A DNA stretch of 64,000 nt from Octopus sinensis. Taxonomy: Eukaryota. The notes beneath the pieces were generated by a model. The model worked only from the letters and a program-made list of their open reading frames with translations. It ran no database searches and was not told where the DNA came from. Shown here piece after piece: positions 51,536 through 64,000 of the stretch. The translations under genes and the position numbers were made by a program. The stretch spans positions 99,820,001 to 99,884,000 of the forward strand of contig NC_042997.1 in NCBI RefSeq assembly GCF_006345805.1. Reading direction: 5' to 3'. Positions within the stretch are counted from its first letter, which is position 1. The number at the start of each line of letters is the position of its first letter.

Positions 51536-53299
51536 TATTATGTATATATAAATATTATAAATTATACTTCTTGCTTCAAAGCATTGATAAGAATCAAAGT
51601 ACATCAATGTATATAATACCACCAATTGGCTCGATAGAGTCACACAGAGCAGACAGTGAAATAATCCATAACATAATAATGTTGGTGGACTGGTATGAGT
51701 TAAAGGCTTTCTAGGAATGTCCATCCTATCTTTGTTCAGTGTGTCCCACCCTGTTTAAGACTATAAAGTATGATTTAAGAGAGATTTTAATGCTGTTTCT
51801 AGCAAGTCAAGTAAATGAGGTAAAGGATACCTTGTTAGCTTGATAGTTTAGTGCTCTACTGCAAAGCCATTTCCCTCTTTTTTTTTGTTATTCTTAACTT
51901 CTGAAGTTGTAGATTTTTGTTTTCTAAAATCCATGTCACTATTAAATAAATACTATCCATTTGTATTCCTCAATTCTGATTGTTTGATATTTTGTTTGTA
52001 GTTACCTTTTTCTGCCCTTCTGTTTCTGTCTGTCCCTCCTCCTCTTACTTTTATAAAATTTACAGTTAAGATTCTCTATTACTTTGTTTTTTTTTATATT
52101 TCCACAATTGTATAAAATCCAACTCACTTGAGACTTACAGTTTTAAAGTAATTGAAATAAAAAGCTTCCACCAAAAATTTCCAATTTTCCAAGAATCAGT
52201 TTAAAAATAAAATTATTTTAGTAAACTATTATTTAAAAAATTAATTGAAACAAAACCCTGTGTATTTCAACAGAAATAAGGTAACAAATGGCTTAATCAT
52301 AGGGTGTGTGCATGTAGACATGTATGTATGTTTGTATGTATGTCTTTCAATTTTATTTATTACTGTTGTTTCCAAAAGAGAACTGGTTTCTAATAAAAGA
52401 AAAAAGTTCCATTATTGGCACTTGGCTAACATCAGTAATAACCGTTTGTTCCACTTACACATTGTGTCCATAAAATATGTGCTAGCAAACTTTACATACA
52501 CACATGAATGTGTGCACACAGACAAATAAATAATTATATATACATATAACTACATATCAAAGGGATCAAAGGTCCTTCATGAGTCAAGGGCTCATGAGGC
52601 AAGTTTCCCAGATTTTGTGGTATATATATTTACCCACTGGATGGGACACTGTCTATCACAGGACTATTTGACAACTGAGTGGACAGAAGCAACATGAAAT
52701 AATGTGTTTTACTCAAGAACACAACTTATCATCCAGTCCAGGAAATGAAACCACAATCTGGTGTGTGTGTGTGATTATATGCAGATATGTGTGTGTACAC
52801 ACACACATATCTGCATATAATTATACACAAACACACACATTCACTTCCTCCTCTTCATCATAATTTCAATGTCTCCTCTTCCATGCTAGCTTGGCTCAAC
52901 TGGTAGTCAATGATGTAAATCTATGGCCAGATGCTCTTCTTGTTGCCAACACTTACCTATTTCCAAGCAAGCTAATATCTCTTTAGGTTTTCAGTGAAGA
53001 CTAAAAATGAGGGACTTCGTTTGTATGACAGTGACAGTCATTTATAACAAGACTGCAATGTGAAAACAAGAAAACACACACACACATATATCATTTTCCT
53101 TATCGTCATCATCAGTAATGTATTCATTGAGTTGGATGGTTCAAAAGGCTCTGACTAGCCAGAGGGCTGTATTGGTCTTCAATATTTGTTTTGGCAAGGT
53201 TTCTATGGCTGGATTGTCCTTCCTAATGCCAACCACTTTACAGAATGTACTGAATGCTAATTTTCTGGAACCAGTACTGGTGAGGTCACCAAGTAGCTT

Positions 53300-54620
53300 G
53301 CAAGACAAAAGCCCCTTGGCAGAGTGGGAGCACAGAATAGTGGAGGTGGCTTTGTGGCATGTGTTGAAAGACTAAAGCATGGTAGGAGGACAAGAACGAA
53401 CATTTTGTTGTAGAGAAGAGACATGGCCCCAACAGGATAGAGGAAAAAAGACTGTGGAAATATAGTGTCAAGGCATACCTCCAAGATACAAGAATGTGGA
53501 TAAAGAGAAAGTAGGGACAGAGAACTGAGGGTGAGTAGATAGATTCATGAGAATATGAAAGGAAATGACAGATGGTAGAAATGAGGATAGAAGTGAATGC
53601 AGCAGCAAGAAAGAAGAGGAGATGGACAACTGAGACAAACAACCAGGTATTTCTAAGAAACAAACTGCTGGGTGCCTCCGATCAGATATGTGGATGGAAT
53701 AATGTTCCAGCAAGATGGAAAGGGATGCATTGGTGGAACGGAACCTAAGACAGACAAAGACATAAATCAAAGAGGCAGTAAGAAATGATAGTGAGTGGCC
53801 ACAAGAGAAACTAAATGTCAGTTATACTTAGAAATGAGAGAAAAAGAAAGTAAAAATTTTACCAATTTAAGAATCAGAAGAATGAGGTCTTCCAGATTTC
53901 AAAGCAGTGTATCAGTGTAAAAAAGATATTATTGCAGAAAAATATGTATGTAATGAGAAGGAAAAGGTAGGGGATGCCACTGCAAAAAATAACTTACCAC
54001 ATCTGGAGAATGTGTGGAAGAGAGAGGGCACATCTCAAATGGATACTAGAGAGTGACCAGTTATTGAGGTCAGCAGCTTTACAATCAAAAGAGCAATTAA
54101 GGACAGGAAGGTAGGGAAAGCAACATGACCATTATAGAACAGAGGGAAAGCAAAAGGACCAGGACATGTGTTGATTAGTCACAGAGGTGTTATTTTCAGT
54201 GTCCAGCACAACCGTATCAACAGCTGTAAGGGCAAAGAAGATGCTCCAGAAAAGAGCTACTACAAGTTATGAGAATGGTATAAGAGTAGTAGCACAGCTA
54301 ATTAGAAGGAAAATTAGCTTACCTGAGATCAGTTTGAACGAGGTACCAATGATTGTCTATTTTTGCTGAGAAAACTACAGAGATACTTAACTAAGAACAG
54401 GCCATTGTACCTTAAAGTTGTTAAAGTGGAGAAGGCTTTTGACTAGATAAGACACTCTCTAGTCTGGTGGTTGCTGCACTAAGGTGTAAATAAATGTCTT
54501 ATAAAAACTGTGCAAGCCATGTATAGAGATGGAGATGCCACCAGTGAGGTGAGAATTAGTAATGAAATGCATGTAGGTGTCAGTCAGCACTCAGTTGTCA
54601 ACAACTTCCAGTTTATTATG
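53300..54620 (+). mobile_element. Decayed RTE LINE (RT region)
   Basis: RPLYLKVVKVEKAFD..LVWW..VQAMYRD..SEVRISNE..VGVSQHSV at the 3' end. Confidence 0.75.
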
Positions 54621-54679
54621 GTAGCAATATTTATGTATGTGTGTGTGCAAATGTGTGTGTGTGTGTGTGTGTGTATGTG

Positions 54680-54767
54680 TGTGCATCTGCCTGTGTGTGT
54701 GTGTGTGTGCATCTGCCTGTGTGTGTGTGCATCTGCCTGCTGTGTGTGTGTGTGTGTGCATCTGCCT

Positions 54768-54802
<35 letters not shown>

Positions 54803-54812
54803 ATCTGCCTGT
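54680..54812. repeat. Five GTGCATCTGCCTG units separated by variable (TG)n
   Basis: Seen directly. Confidence 0.85.
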
Positions 54813-55398
54813 GAGTATGTTCACTTGTATGAGTGTATGTATATTTAGGAATAAGTGTATGCACGTGTGTAATATGTATAGATAGATAGAATGGCAAGCT
54901 GCCAAAGACAAACAGACGGAATGGCAGACAGACAGACATAGAACTAGACAAAAACTGGCCATGGCAATATCGCGAAAGGAATCAGCAAAACAATAATAAT
55001 AAAAATCCACAAGATGTTCAGCTAAAAGAAAATAAAACAAAATGTGTGTGTATGTGTGTGTGCGTGTGTAGTAAAATCACACACACACACTAGCAGAGAC
55101 ATTAACCATTAAAAGCCAGTTATGGGCACACATATTCACACATCACACAGGAAGCCAACAAAAAAACATACCCACATATGCATACACATACACACACACA
55201 CACTTACCATCAACATTATATACATACCAGACATCCAGAGAGCAAAAGGCAGTCATGGGGAACATAATGAAATGCGTCAGAAATAGGGCAAAATACTTTG
55301 ACAATCTAATCAGTGAAAAACTTGAGCTACAATTGTCTGCATGTGAATATATATATATATAAACACACACATACACAGAAAAAGAGAGAGAAACACTA

Positions 55399-55443
<45 letters not shown>

Positions 55444-55569
55444 TATAGATGTATGATTTAATATAATCTGGGTAATAACCTTATAGCATGCTTTCCAAAG
55501 CTCCTTCCCAGGTATCAGCTACCAAATGTTATCATTCAGTAGGACTTCTTCATATATGTATATATACAA

Positions 55570-55601
<32 letters not shown>

Positions 55602-55975
55602 ATGCATATATATGAACATGTCGTCATCATCATCATCATCATCATAATCCTCATTTAATGTCCGTTTTCCATGCTGGCATGGGTTGAACGGTTTGACTAG
55701 AGCTGGCAAGATGGGGGAGAAGGCTGCACCAGACTCCAGTCTGATTTGGCATGGTTTCTACAGCTAGATGCCCTATCAAACGCCCTATCATACATACATA
55801 CATACATACATACATACAAAAATACCCTGTTGATGATGCTGAAATTCCAGTGAAGGAGCCATGAATCTAGGTTAGAAACCAGCTCTTTCTTTATTGGCAA
55901 ACGAAAGCACTAATAGAGAATTATCCAAAATTTTGACTGCCTCCTTCTTCTTAACACACACACACATATACACAC

Positions 55976-56024
<49 letters not shown>

Positions 56025-56399
56025 GACAGACAGACAGACAGGAAGAGAGGCAGAGAGAGTATAAAGGGTGAATAATCAAAAGTATGTATATAGATGTTTT
56101 ATTTTGAATGAGACACACATAGCATTTAAAATTCTATTTGCAAAGTAATTGAATATCAAAACAAAAGACTGGGGAAATTTGGTATATTTCTAATTCCACG
56201 TTCCACATCTTTCATTATAGATTAGGAGTTACAAAGATATATGTGTAGAAAAAAACCTGTATAGAATCTCCTATTCATAATTCTTCAGACAAAGACTCAA
56301 AAATGATTATTATCCTGTAACGAAATATGTGTAACTTGGAATTAAAAATATACCATTTTTTCCAAGTCTTTTGCTTTGAGATATACATGTATATATATA

Positions 56400-56590
56400 T
56401 AGTTGAAATTTATAGAAAAACAAAAGATGAAGACATGTGCATGAACAACAAGCAAGTGTATTAGTTTGACACTCAGAAAAATGAAAAAATTCTTTTACAT
56501 TTTGAGCCTGCGCTCTTCAACAGAAAGGAATGAGAGAAAATAAACAGAGGGAATGAAAAAAACTTGTGGATTTCAGTAGCCATATACCTG
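56400..56590 (-). mobile_element. PLE-like fragment with a decayed minimal hammerhead (56492-56527)
   Basis: CUUU-CUGUUGA-A-GAGC-GCAG-GCUC-AAAAUGUA-AAAG. Confidence 0.55.
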
Positions 56591-57218
56591 TGTGTGTGTG
56601 TGGTGTGTGTGTGTGTGTGTGTGTGTGAGTTTCAAAAATTAAAACAGAAGCTCAACAAGAGGTGCCAATCTCTAATTGTGGAGGGAACATGTGGAAAGGG
56701 TAGACACAGGAAGACATGGGACGAAGTGGTGAGAAACGATCTTCAGATATTGGGTCTCACAGAGATGACATGGGGATCAAGACTGCTGGTGGTTTGCAGT
56801 GCTTAAGAAGATACATTGTGGTTGTCCTTACATACAGGCATATCCCTTGCATCCCTCTTCAGCTGAGTGCTCCTAATCTTGCAGACTTGTGGGTGCTGGT
56901 GCCATGTAAAAACGTACCCATATCAGTACCACAAGAAAGTATCCATGCCAGTATTGCATAAAAGCACCCAGTACACTCTGTAAAGTAGTTGATATTAGGA
57001 AGGGCATCCAGCCATAGAAACCATACTAAAGCAGACACAGAGCTGGCCAGCTCCTATCAAACCATCCAACCCATGCCAGCTATGATGATGATGATGATGA
57101 TGACATAGACATGCCCTTTCCTCATCAGTTATCGTCCAAAAAATCATTACAATTTTATACCACACACATAAATACACACACATCTACCTAGCATACATTC
57201 ATACAAACACAAATATAA

Positions 57219-58407
57219 TCTCTATATATATAAAACTGAGAATGTGTGTCTGTCTGTCTGTCTGTCTGTCTGTGTGTTTCCCTAAAACTTGAGAACTACA
57301 CAACCAATTTCATTCAAATTTTACACATGCCTTACTTGGGGTCCAGCGAGTGTCATCGACAAAAAAAATGTTTAACTTTTTGCCTAGGGCGAGCCCACAG
57401 CAATATCATATCTTCTCCACTACGATTCCCTGAAACTTGAGAACTACACAACCAATTTCATTCAAATTTTACACATGCCTTACTTAGGGTCCATGTAGTT
57501 TCATGGGCAAAAAAAATGTTCAACTTCTTGCCTAGAGCGAGCCCATAGCAATATCATATCTTCTCCACTATTTCAGTATTACGTGTTAAAAGCGAAACAA
57601 AAACATTTTTCTATTTTATGTCAGATACTTTCACTTTAACAATAAAAATAATAATAACAATTGAATTACATGTAGTAAGTAATAATTAAAATCAAACTAA
57701 AGTATAATATAATCGTAACATAACAAAAGTAAAAATAGCAATTGGTATAAAATTGCATCAATGACTTGAATAAGTGGTTTCACATGAATGGGAATAAATT
57801 AAAAATAAAATTAGCAAGCAGAAATGGAATAGTCCAGATGGATAAAAAAAAATTAAATTAAAGAAAAGACTATTGTCTATAAAGTATACAATGTAGAGAA
57901 AAAAGAAGATTTGAACACCTGGAGGAAAGCACCATCGAAAAGTGTCTTGGTGTGACTATGAAAGGTATCTAACCAGTGGTGGTAAATTCGCCACAATAGA
58001 AGCAAGGATCGAGTCAACGGAGCGTGCAAGGGAGTACTCAACTCGAACTTGCAAAGTGGAAATATTTTATTTTTACTTTTATATCTGGGATGTAGGACGT
58101 GCCCGATGAAAATTTAAAATCCCCCCCCCCCACAGAAGTTGAGGTAGGCTGGATTGTAGCCACACTTCTATACAAGAGGGAGGACAAGATACAATTGATT
58201 GAAATTGCAAGAGACGGGCTTACAATTCCAGTCTGTTATATATTTTGAGTATTGTTATCACTAGCGATATCAAGATATAACTTTGTATTTTGTATTTAAT
58301 GTGTAGATGTATATATATAGATGTACATGTAATATGTACACATATATATACACATATATATATATGCACTAGCACTATGACCCGGCAACGACGGGTGATA
58401 ATGCTAG
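57219..58407 (+). mobile_element. Non-autonomous Helitron
   Basis: A|TCTCTATATATA 5' end; ACCCGG..CGGGT hairpin 58380-58396 ending 11 nt before the CTAG|T 3' end; internal 148-bp-period tandem duplication 57280-57570. Confidence 0.8.
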
Positions 58408-59149
58408 TTAATATATATTATGTGAATGTGTATATGTGTGTGCATGTATGTATGTATGTATGTATGTATGTATGTATGTATGTATTATGTATGTATGTAT
58501 GTGTATATGTATGTATGCATATGTACACACACTCACTCACACATTATACAGATACATAAATATGTATGTTTGTATAACAAACAAACACATACATGAATCA
58601 GAATAGTTCATTCCTTACAAGCCAAGTATTTACCAAATCCAATATTCTTATTAGACACAATAGAAACGTGTGCATGTTTGTCAGTGTTTTCTCATATTAT
58701 TTACAAAATCATTAGTGCTGGACGAACTATACCCATAATCTTTGCAGACCCAAAGTGTAAAAATCAAATAATGTGTTTGAAATATTTTTAATGCAGACAT
58801 TATTTCCTACAAATTGACGATCGATAATTAGTCATCAAAAGATATCATAGACCTTTTGATAAGAAATTGCAGAGATACATTTAGACATAGGAATCTATAT
58901 ATACTTTTATGTTTGGAATTTTTTGAAACAAAAAAAAAGAAAGAAAAGAAAAATTTTGTAGACAAAAATGAGACTTGCATTCTCAGTAATTTTGTTTCCC
59001 CCACTCACTTCTATGAAAACAAATATATCCTCTCTGAATTGATGTGCTAGTGCAGTGTGTACTTTGATTACAAATTTTGGTTTCCCTCATTCTTTGAATG
59101 AAAACGTACAACTATTTATGCTTGTGTGTGTGTATGTGTGTGTGTGTGT

Positions 59150-59190
<41 letters not shown>

Positions 59191-60203
59191 TTGCAATGCA
59201 GTAGGACCTCTCTCAGAATCTTGATTGCAAAGTGGACTTCTTAAACATGTGAACATATCATGCCAATATACATACATGCTAACAGACACACATGCACACA
59301 CACATACATATATATATATACATTAATAATAATAATAATGCCTATGTAAATACATACATGTGTGTGTGTGTGTACATACACAGACATATATGTATAACAA
59401 AACAAGATATTGTTTCATTTGCTAATAAGAATTACAAAGTTTTATATGTTAGATAGATATATAAGGAATTTCCTATTAGAAATTCTTCAGACAGAGAAAT
59501 TAAATAATACATATAGATACAGAGAGAGATATATATACCAGAGTAAGCACATAAATGTGAAAAAAAGTGGTAAAAAATAGTACTCAAATACTGGAGGTAG
59601 AGTAATATGCTTTATTATTAAAACTGCAAAAACATCACGTTCCTGTTCATTAGCCAGTTGTGATTCAGAATATCATCATTATCATTATCATCATGGAGGT
59701 GTGTGGCTCAGTGGTTAGGGTGTCAGCATCATGATCATAAGATTGTGGTTTCGATTCCTGGATCGGGCGATGTGTTGTGTTCTTGAGCAACACACTTCAT
59801 TTCACATTGCTCCAGTCCACTCAGCTGGCAAAAATGAGTAATGCTGCAATGGACTGGCATCCCATCCAGCTGGGGAACACATACTCCATTGAAACCGGGA
59901 AACCAAGCCCATGGGCCTGGCTAGGCCTTAAAAGGGTGCATTTATTATTTTAATTTTTATCATCATTATCATCATTTAACGTCTGTTGTCTATACTAGCA
60001 TGGGTTGGACAGTTTGACTAGGCTGGCACACTGGAAGGCTGCACCAGACTCCAGTCTGACTAGGCATGGTTTTCTATGGTTGGATGCCCTTCCTAACGCC
60101 AACCAATCCAAGAGTATAATGGGTGCTTTTACATGCCACTGGCACAAGTACCATTTGCATGCATACATGTATGTATGTATGTATGTATGTATGTATGCAT
60201 GCA

Positions 60204-60888
60204 TTGGTCAGCCCATAAATAATGTGGCTTTTTCAATTGCATGAACTAAAAGTCGGAGGGGGATGGGATAAACTACCTGCATCAACTTGCTATAAAAGCA
60301 GGTAGTAATTTTACCCTGACTTATTCTTGGTGCACATTTTGAAGAGTGCAGTTCAATTTTAACAGTTATTTTTTCAAAGCTATAATGGAAGTCACAAAGG
60401 AGCATATTCAGCATATTTTGCTTTATAAGTTCAATAACGGTAACAATGCAATTGAAAGTGCAAGAAATATTAATCCAGTATATGGGGATTGGACAATAGG
60501 TGCAAGACAGTGTCAGTAGTGGTTCCAGAAATTCTGAGCTGGAAACTACAGTCTATAAGATGAGCCTCATCCTGGAACATCTGTAGAGCTTGACAAGGAT
60601 GTCCTACAAACTCTGGTAGAACAAAATCCCATTGTAACTGTTGAGGAACTAACAGAGAAGCTTGGATTTGGTCATTCAAACAGTCATTCAAGTTAGCGCT
60701 AGAAGAAAAATTACCATCTTTGGTTTCAGGACGAAAGGTGTTCTTCCATCAAGATAATGCTCAGCTACATACAGTGAGCATTGTAGAAAATGAAGGAGAA
60801 TATATTTTAGATTAAAAAAGAACTTTGCTTATCTTAATTTTGAAAAATAAAAACATTAAAAAAAATGCATTATTTAGGGGATGACCCA

Positions 60889-60891
<3 letters not shown>
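60204..60891 (+). mobile_element. Internally deleted mariner
   Basis: TIRs ttggtcagcccataaataatg and cattatttaggggatgacccaata; MEVTKEHIQHILLYKF..GARQCQ*WFQKF and FFHQDNA motifs. Confidence 0.8.
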
Positions 60892-60919
<28 letters not shown>

Positions 60920-61499
60920 TGTACGTATGTATGTATGTACGTATGTCCAGCCGGAATTGCAAAGATAATCTGAAACTTGAATGAAAACTCCAAATGATCC
61001 GTCCTTGTTTTCCTTGTATCATTTGTCTGGATATTTTGTTTTCCTTTTTTTGTTTCACCTAACTGTCTAGATGTTTTGCATTCTTGTCCCATTTTTGTAT
61101 TTTTTATGTATGTATGTTATGCATGCATGCATGCATGTATGTATGTATGTATGTATGTATGTATGTATGTATGTATGTATGTATGTATGTATGTATGTAT
61201 GTATGTATGTATGTATGTATGTATGTCATCATCATTTAATGTCTGTATTTCATGTTGGACAGTTCTACAGGATCTGACAAGCCAGAAGAGTGTGTTGAAC
61301 CCTGACATCTGTTTTGCCATATCTTCTACAATTGAATGCCCTTCCTAATGCCAACCACTTTACAACAGAGTGTTACTGAATGCTTTTTTCATGGAACCAG
61401 GACTACTGAGGTCACCAGGTAACTTGCAACACAAGTCCCCTCGACTTAATGTTGATATAATATTGAATTGGGAGGGTGGATCTGTGACAGTTGTTCAGA

Positions 61500-62240
61500 G
61501 GTTAAAGTATGACAAAGGAACAGATGTAGGTGTTTCGCTGTACAGGAGATACATGGTTACCACATCAGCAAAGTAGAAAAGGATGGTGGAGATGAGGTGT
61601 TAGAACATACCCTCAAGAAACAAGAAGGTGGATAAAGAGAGAATGGGGACAAAGAATTGAGGATAGCTGAATGTATAGATTTGTCAGCATGTGAAAGGAA
61701 AGTGGTAGATAGATAGAGATGGAGATAGAGGTGAATGCAGTGAATGGTGAACATGGGTGGAGGCATAGTCAGTGGTGAATCTTAGTTTAGCAGGGAGGAT
61801 AAAGGAAAATAGGAGCTGGTCAGGGAGGAAGTGGTGGTACATGGCTATGCACAAAAACTGGAGGTAGATAGCACACTGGCAGAGATAGAGGTCAAAAGTA
61901 CATAAGGGTGGATACAGTAAGTTACAGAAAAAATGTTGGGTAGCCATCGATGGCAGATACAAGACAGTGTTCAGACGAAAGGGGTATTCGGTGGAAAATA
62001 AAGTGATAATGATGTTGAGAATGCAAGAAGAGTGACAAGGGAAGTGTTTCCAAGGAAACATATAACTGAGAGCACAAAAGCAGGTATGGAATATGTGCAA
62101 TTCTGTTCATATATAATTACAGTTGTTGAAGAAAAAAGAGCCAAATTTAGAAAGGTAAAGGAGAGACAGGCGTTACAAGGTAAGTTGTGGGAAACGCTCA
62201 ACATGAATAGATTTGGTGCAAGGGAAGTGGTGAAATAGAC
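61500..62240 (+). mobile_element. Decayed LINE fragment, probably RTE-related
   Basis: Purine-biased broken-ORF region similar in character to 53300-54300; no intact motif. Confidence 0.45.
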
Positions 62241-62884
62241 ATTAACGATATGCTTTCAGGACCCATGCACACACACTTATATATATAGTTGATACCTGAT
62301 ACTTAAGTCAGTGCATCCAATTTTAAAATCGAAACCATGTAACTGAGACAGGGCACATATAAATTTCCAGCTCCCTTTCATACAAAGAAATGATTTATTA
62401 GAGTCTCTTATTTGCCATTTGTATTCATTTGGATAACTCATATATGCATAGAATCTCTCATATTCATGCAGGATAAGCTACTGTTATACTTTGACGTAAT
62501 TGTTTTACATTTGCTTTCTATGTAGGCATGGGTTGACAGATACCGTGAAATTGTGTCAGTTGAGAAGTCTCAAAATTATTGATCATATCATTTTTGTGCA
62601 TTCTTAAAAAAGTTAAAATGTCTTTCCCTCAATGTAACTCTTTTAGTTTCGTCAAGTAGACTCAGATCAAGTCACTTGCTCAAAAGTACAAATCTCAAAT
62701 ACATACATACATACATATATACATACATATATTATGCTATATAATGCATAATACACACACACACACACAACAGAATTTCCATCTATCTATTTCACTCACA
62801 AGACTTTGGTCAGCCCAAGCCAAGGCTATAGGAGAAGACTACCCAAAGTGCCACACAATAGGAGTGAACCCAAAACCATCAGGT

Positions 62885-62953
<69 letters not shown>

Positions 62954-63334
62954 CGGAGATGTACTCGCATAGCAAGTGATTTGATCTGAGATCGTGTGCT
63001 GGAACGAAAACAATTGCAGTGTGGAAGGTGTTTGTAAGCCATTTAAGAAACACACAAAAGCCGTTCGATTCACTTCAACATTTAAGTTTAATTATTCAAG
63101 ATATTTTCTTTGCTAAAATCCGCGACCTGTTCACTGACAAAAATCTGTATATATATATCAACATGCATGTATGTTTCCATACAAGTGTGTGTGTGAGGTT
63201 TTCTCTCTCTTTCTCTCTCCCTCTCTCCCCCCCTCTCTCTCCCTCTCCCCCCTCTCTCTATATATATATGGTGGTAGTGCTCCAGTATGGCCACAGTCAA
63301 ATGACTGAAACAAGTAAAAGAAAAAGGAAAAGAA

Positions 63335-63400
<66 letters not shown>

Positions 63401-63654
63401 ATATTTAAAGTACAGAGAGACAATTTATGTGCAAAACTGCAAGTATATTCTAGCTTTAAATGCTTATACAACATACTGTATATCAATGAAGTTAAAAGTT
63501 GAATGACTTTTTTTTCAATAGTAATTACCCTTTTGAGGAATATTTTCAAATTTCTAAAAGCATTGGTAGAAAATTATGGCAAAGGTTATATAGCATAATC
63601 TTCATTATACCATTATACACACAAACACACACACACACACACACACACCCACAC

Positions 63655-63656
63655 AT

Positions 63657-63731
<75 letters not shown>
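63655..63731. repeat. (GATA)n microsatellite
   Basis: Seen directly. Confidence 0.95.
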
Positions 63732-63732
<1 letters not shown>

Positions 63733-64000
63733 ACACACAATGCTTAACATAAACAAAGACAAGAAAGCTGCTTACACATGAATATTTATTTTTGAATACA
63801 TCTGAACATATATAAACACATACACACAAACACACTCTGCTTTTCGGGAACGTATTAACAATTTAAATTCATACACAATTTAAATTCTAATTGCCCAATC
63901 ATTTACAACTCTACACACACACACACATACACACATAAACACACACTCACATATACACACACACACATAAATGCATGCATTTATAGACATTTATACACAC

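Noticed and set aside
54680-54812. Repeat-spacer pattern resembling a CRISPR array
   Set aside because: Spacers are only (TG)n, the repeat is 13 bp, there are no cas genes and the context is eukaryotic.
55143-55442. Candidate PGS1 first exon
   Set aside because: One donor creates TGA when joined, the other has the wrong phase, and there is no presequence character.

Overview
AT-rich, repeat-dense animal genomic DNA. The SINE, RTE-tail and microsatellite families look like those of coleoid cephalopods, most likely Octopus (inferred, not database-checked). None of the long ORFs in the track is a complete host gene; most are microsatellite translations. Host content: (i) a phase-compatible chain of seven very small minus-strand exons (31179 to 183) encoding an unidentified ~125-aa C-terminus ending LKKFLRCLPKL*; (ii) one minus-strand exon (49154-48932) resembling the N-terminal conserved block of mitochondrial phosphatidylglycerophosphate synthase PGS1, with no further PGS1 exon recognised in the window. 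Mobile DNA: a near-intact DD34D mariner, several decayed mariners and MITEs, a non-autonomous Helitron, RTE/CR1/RLE LINE fragments and many tRNA-derived SINEs. The most notable signal is nine hammerhead-ribozyme motifs of the Penelope-like-element (PLE) type. Four are essentially complete type I folds, two of them on the host sense strand. One pair forms the tails of a head-to-head palindrome of tRNA-headed elements. Several long inverted repeats could form dsRNA.
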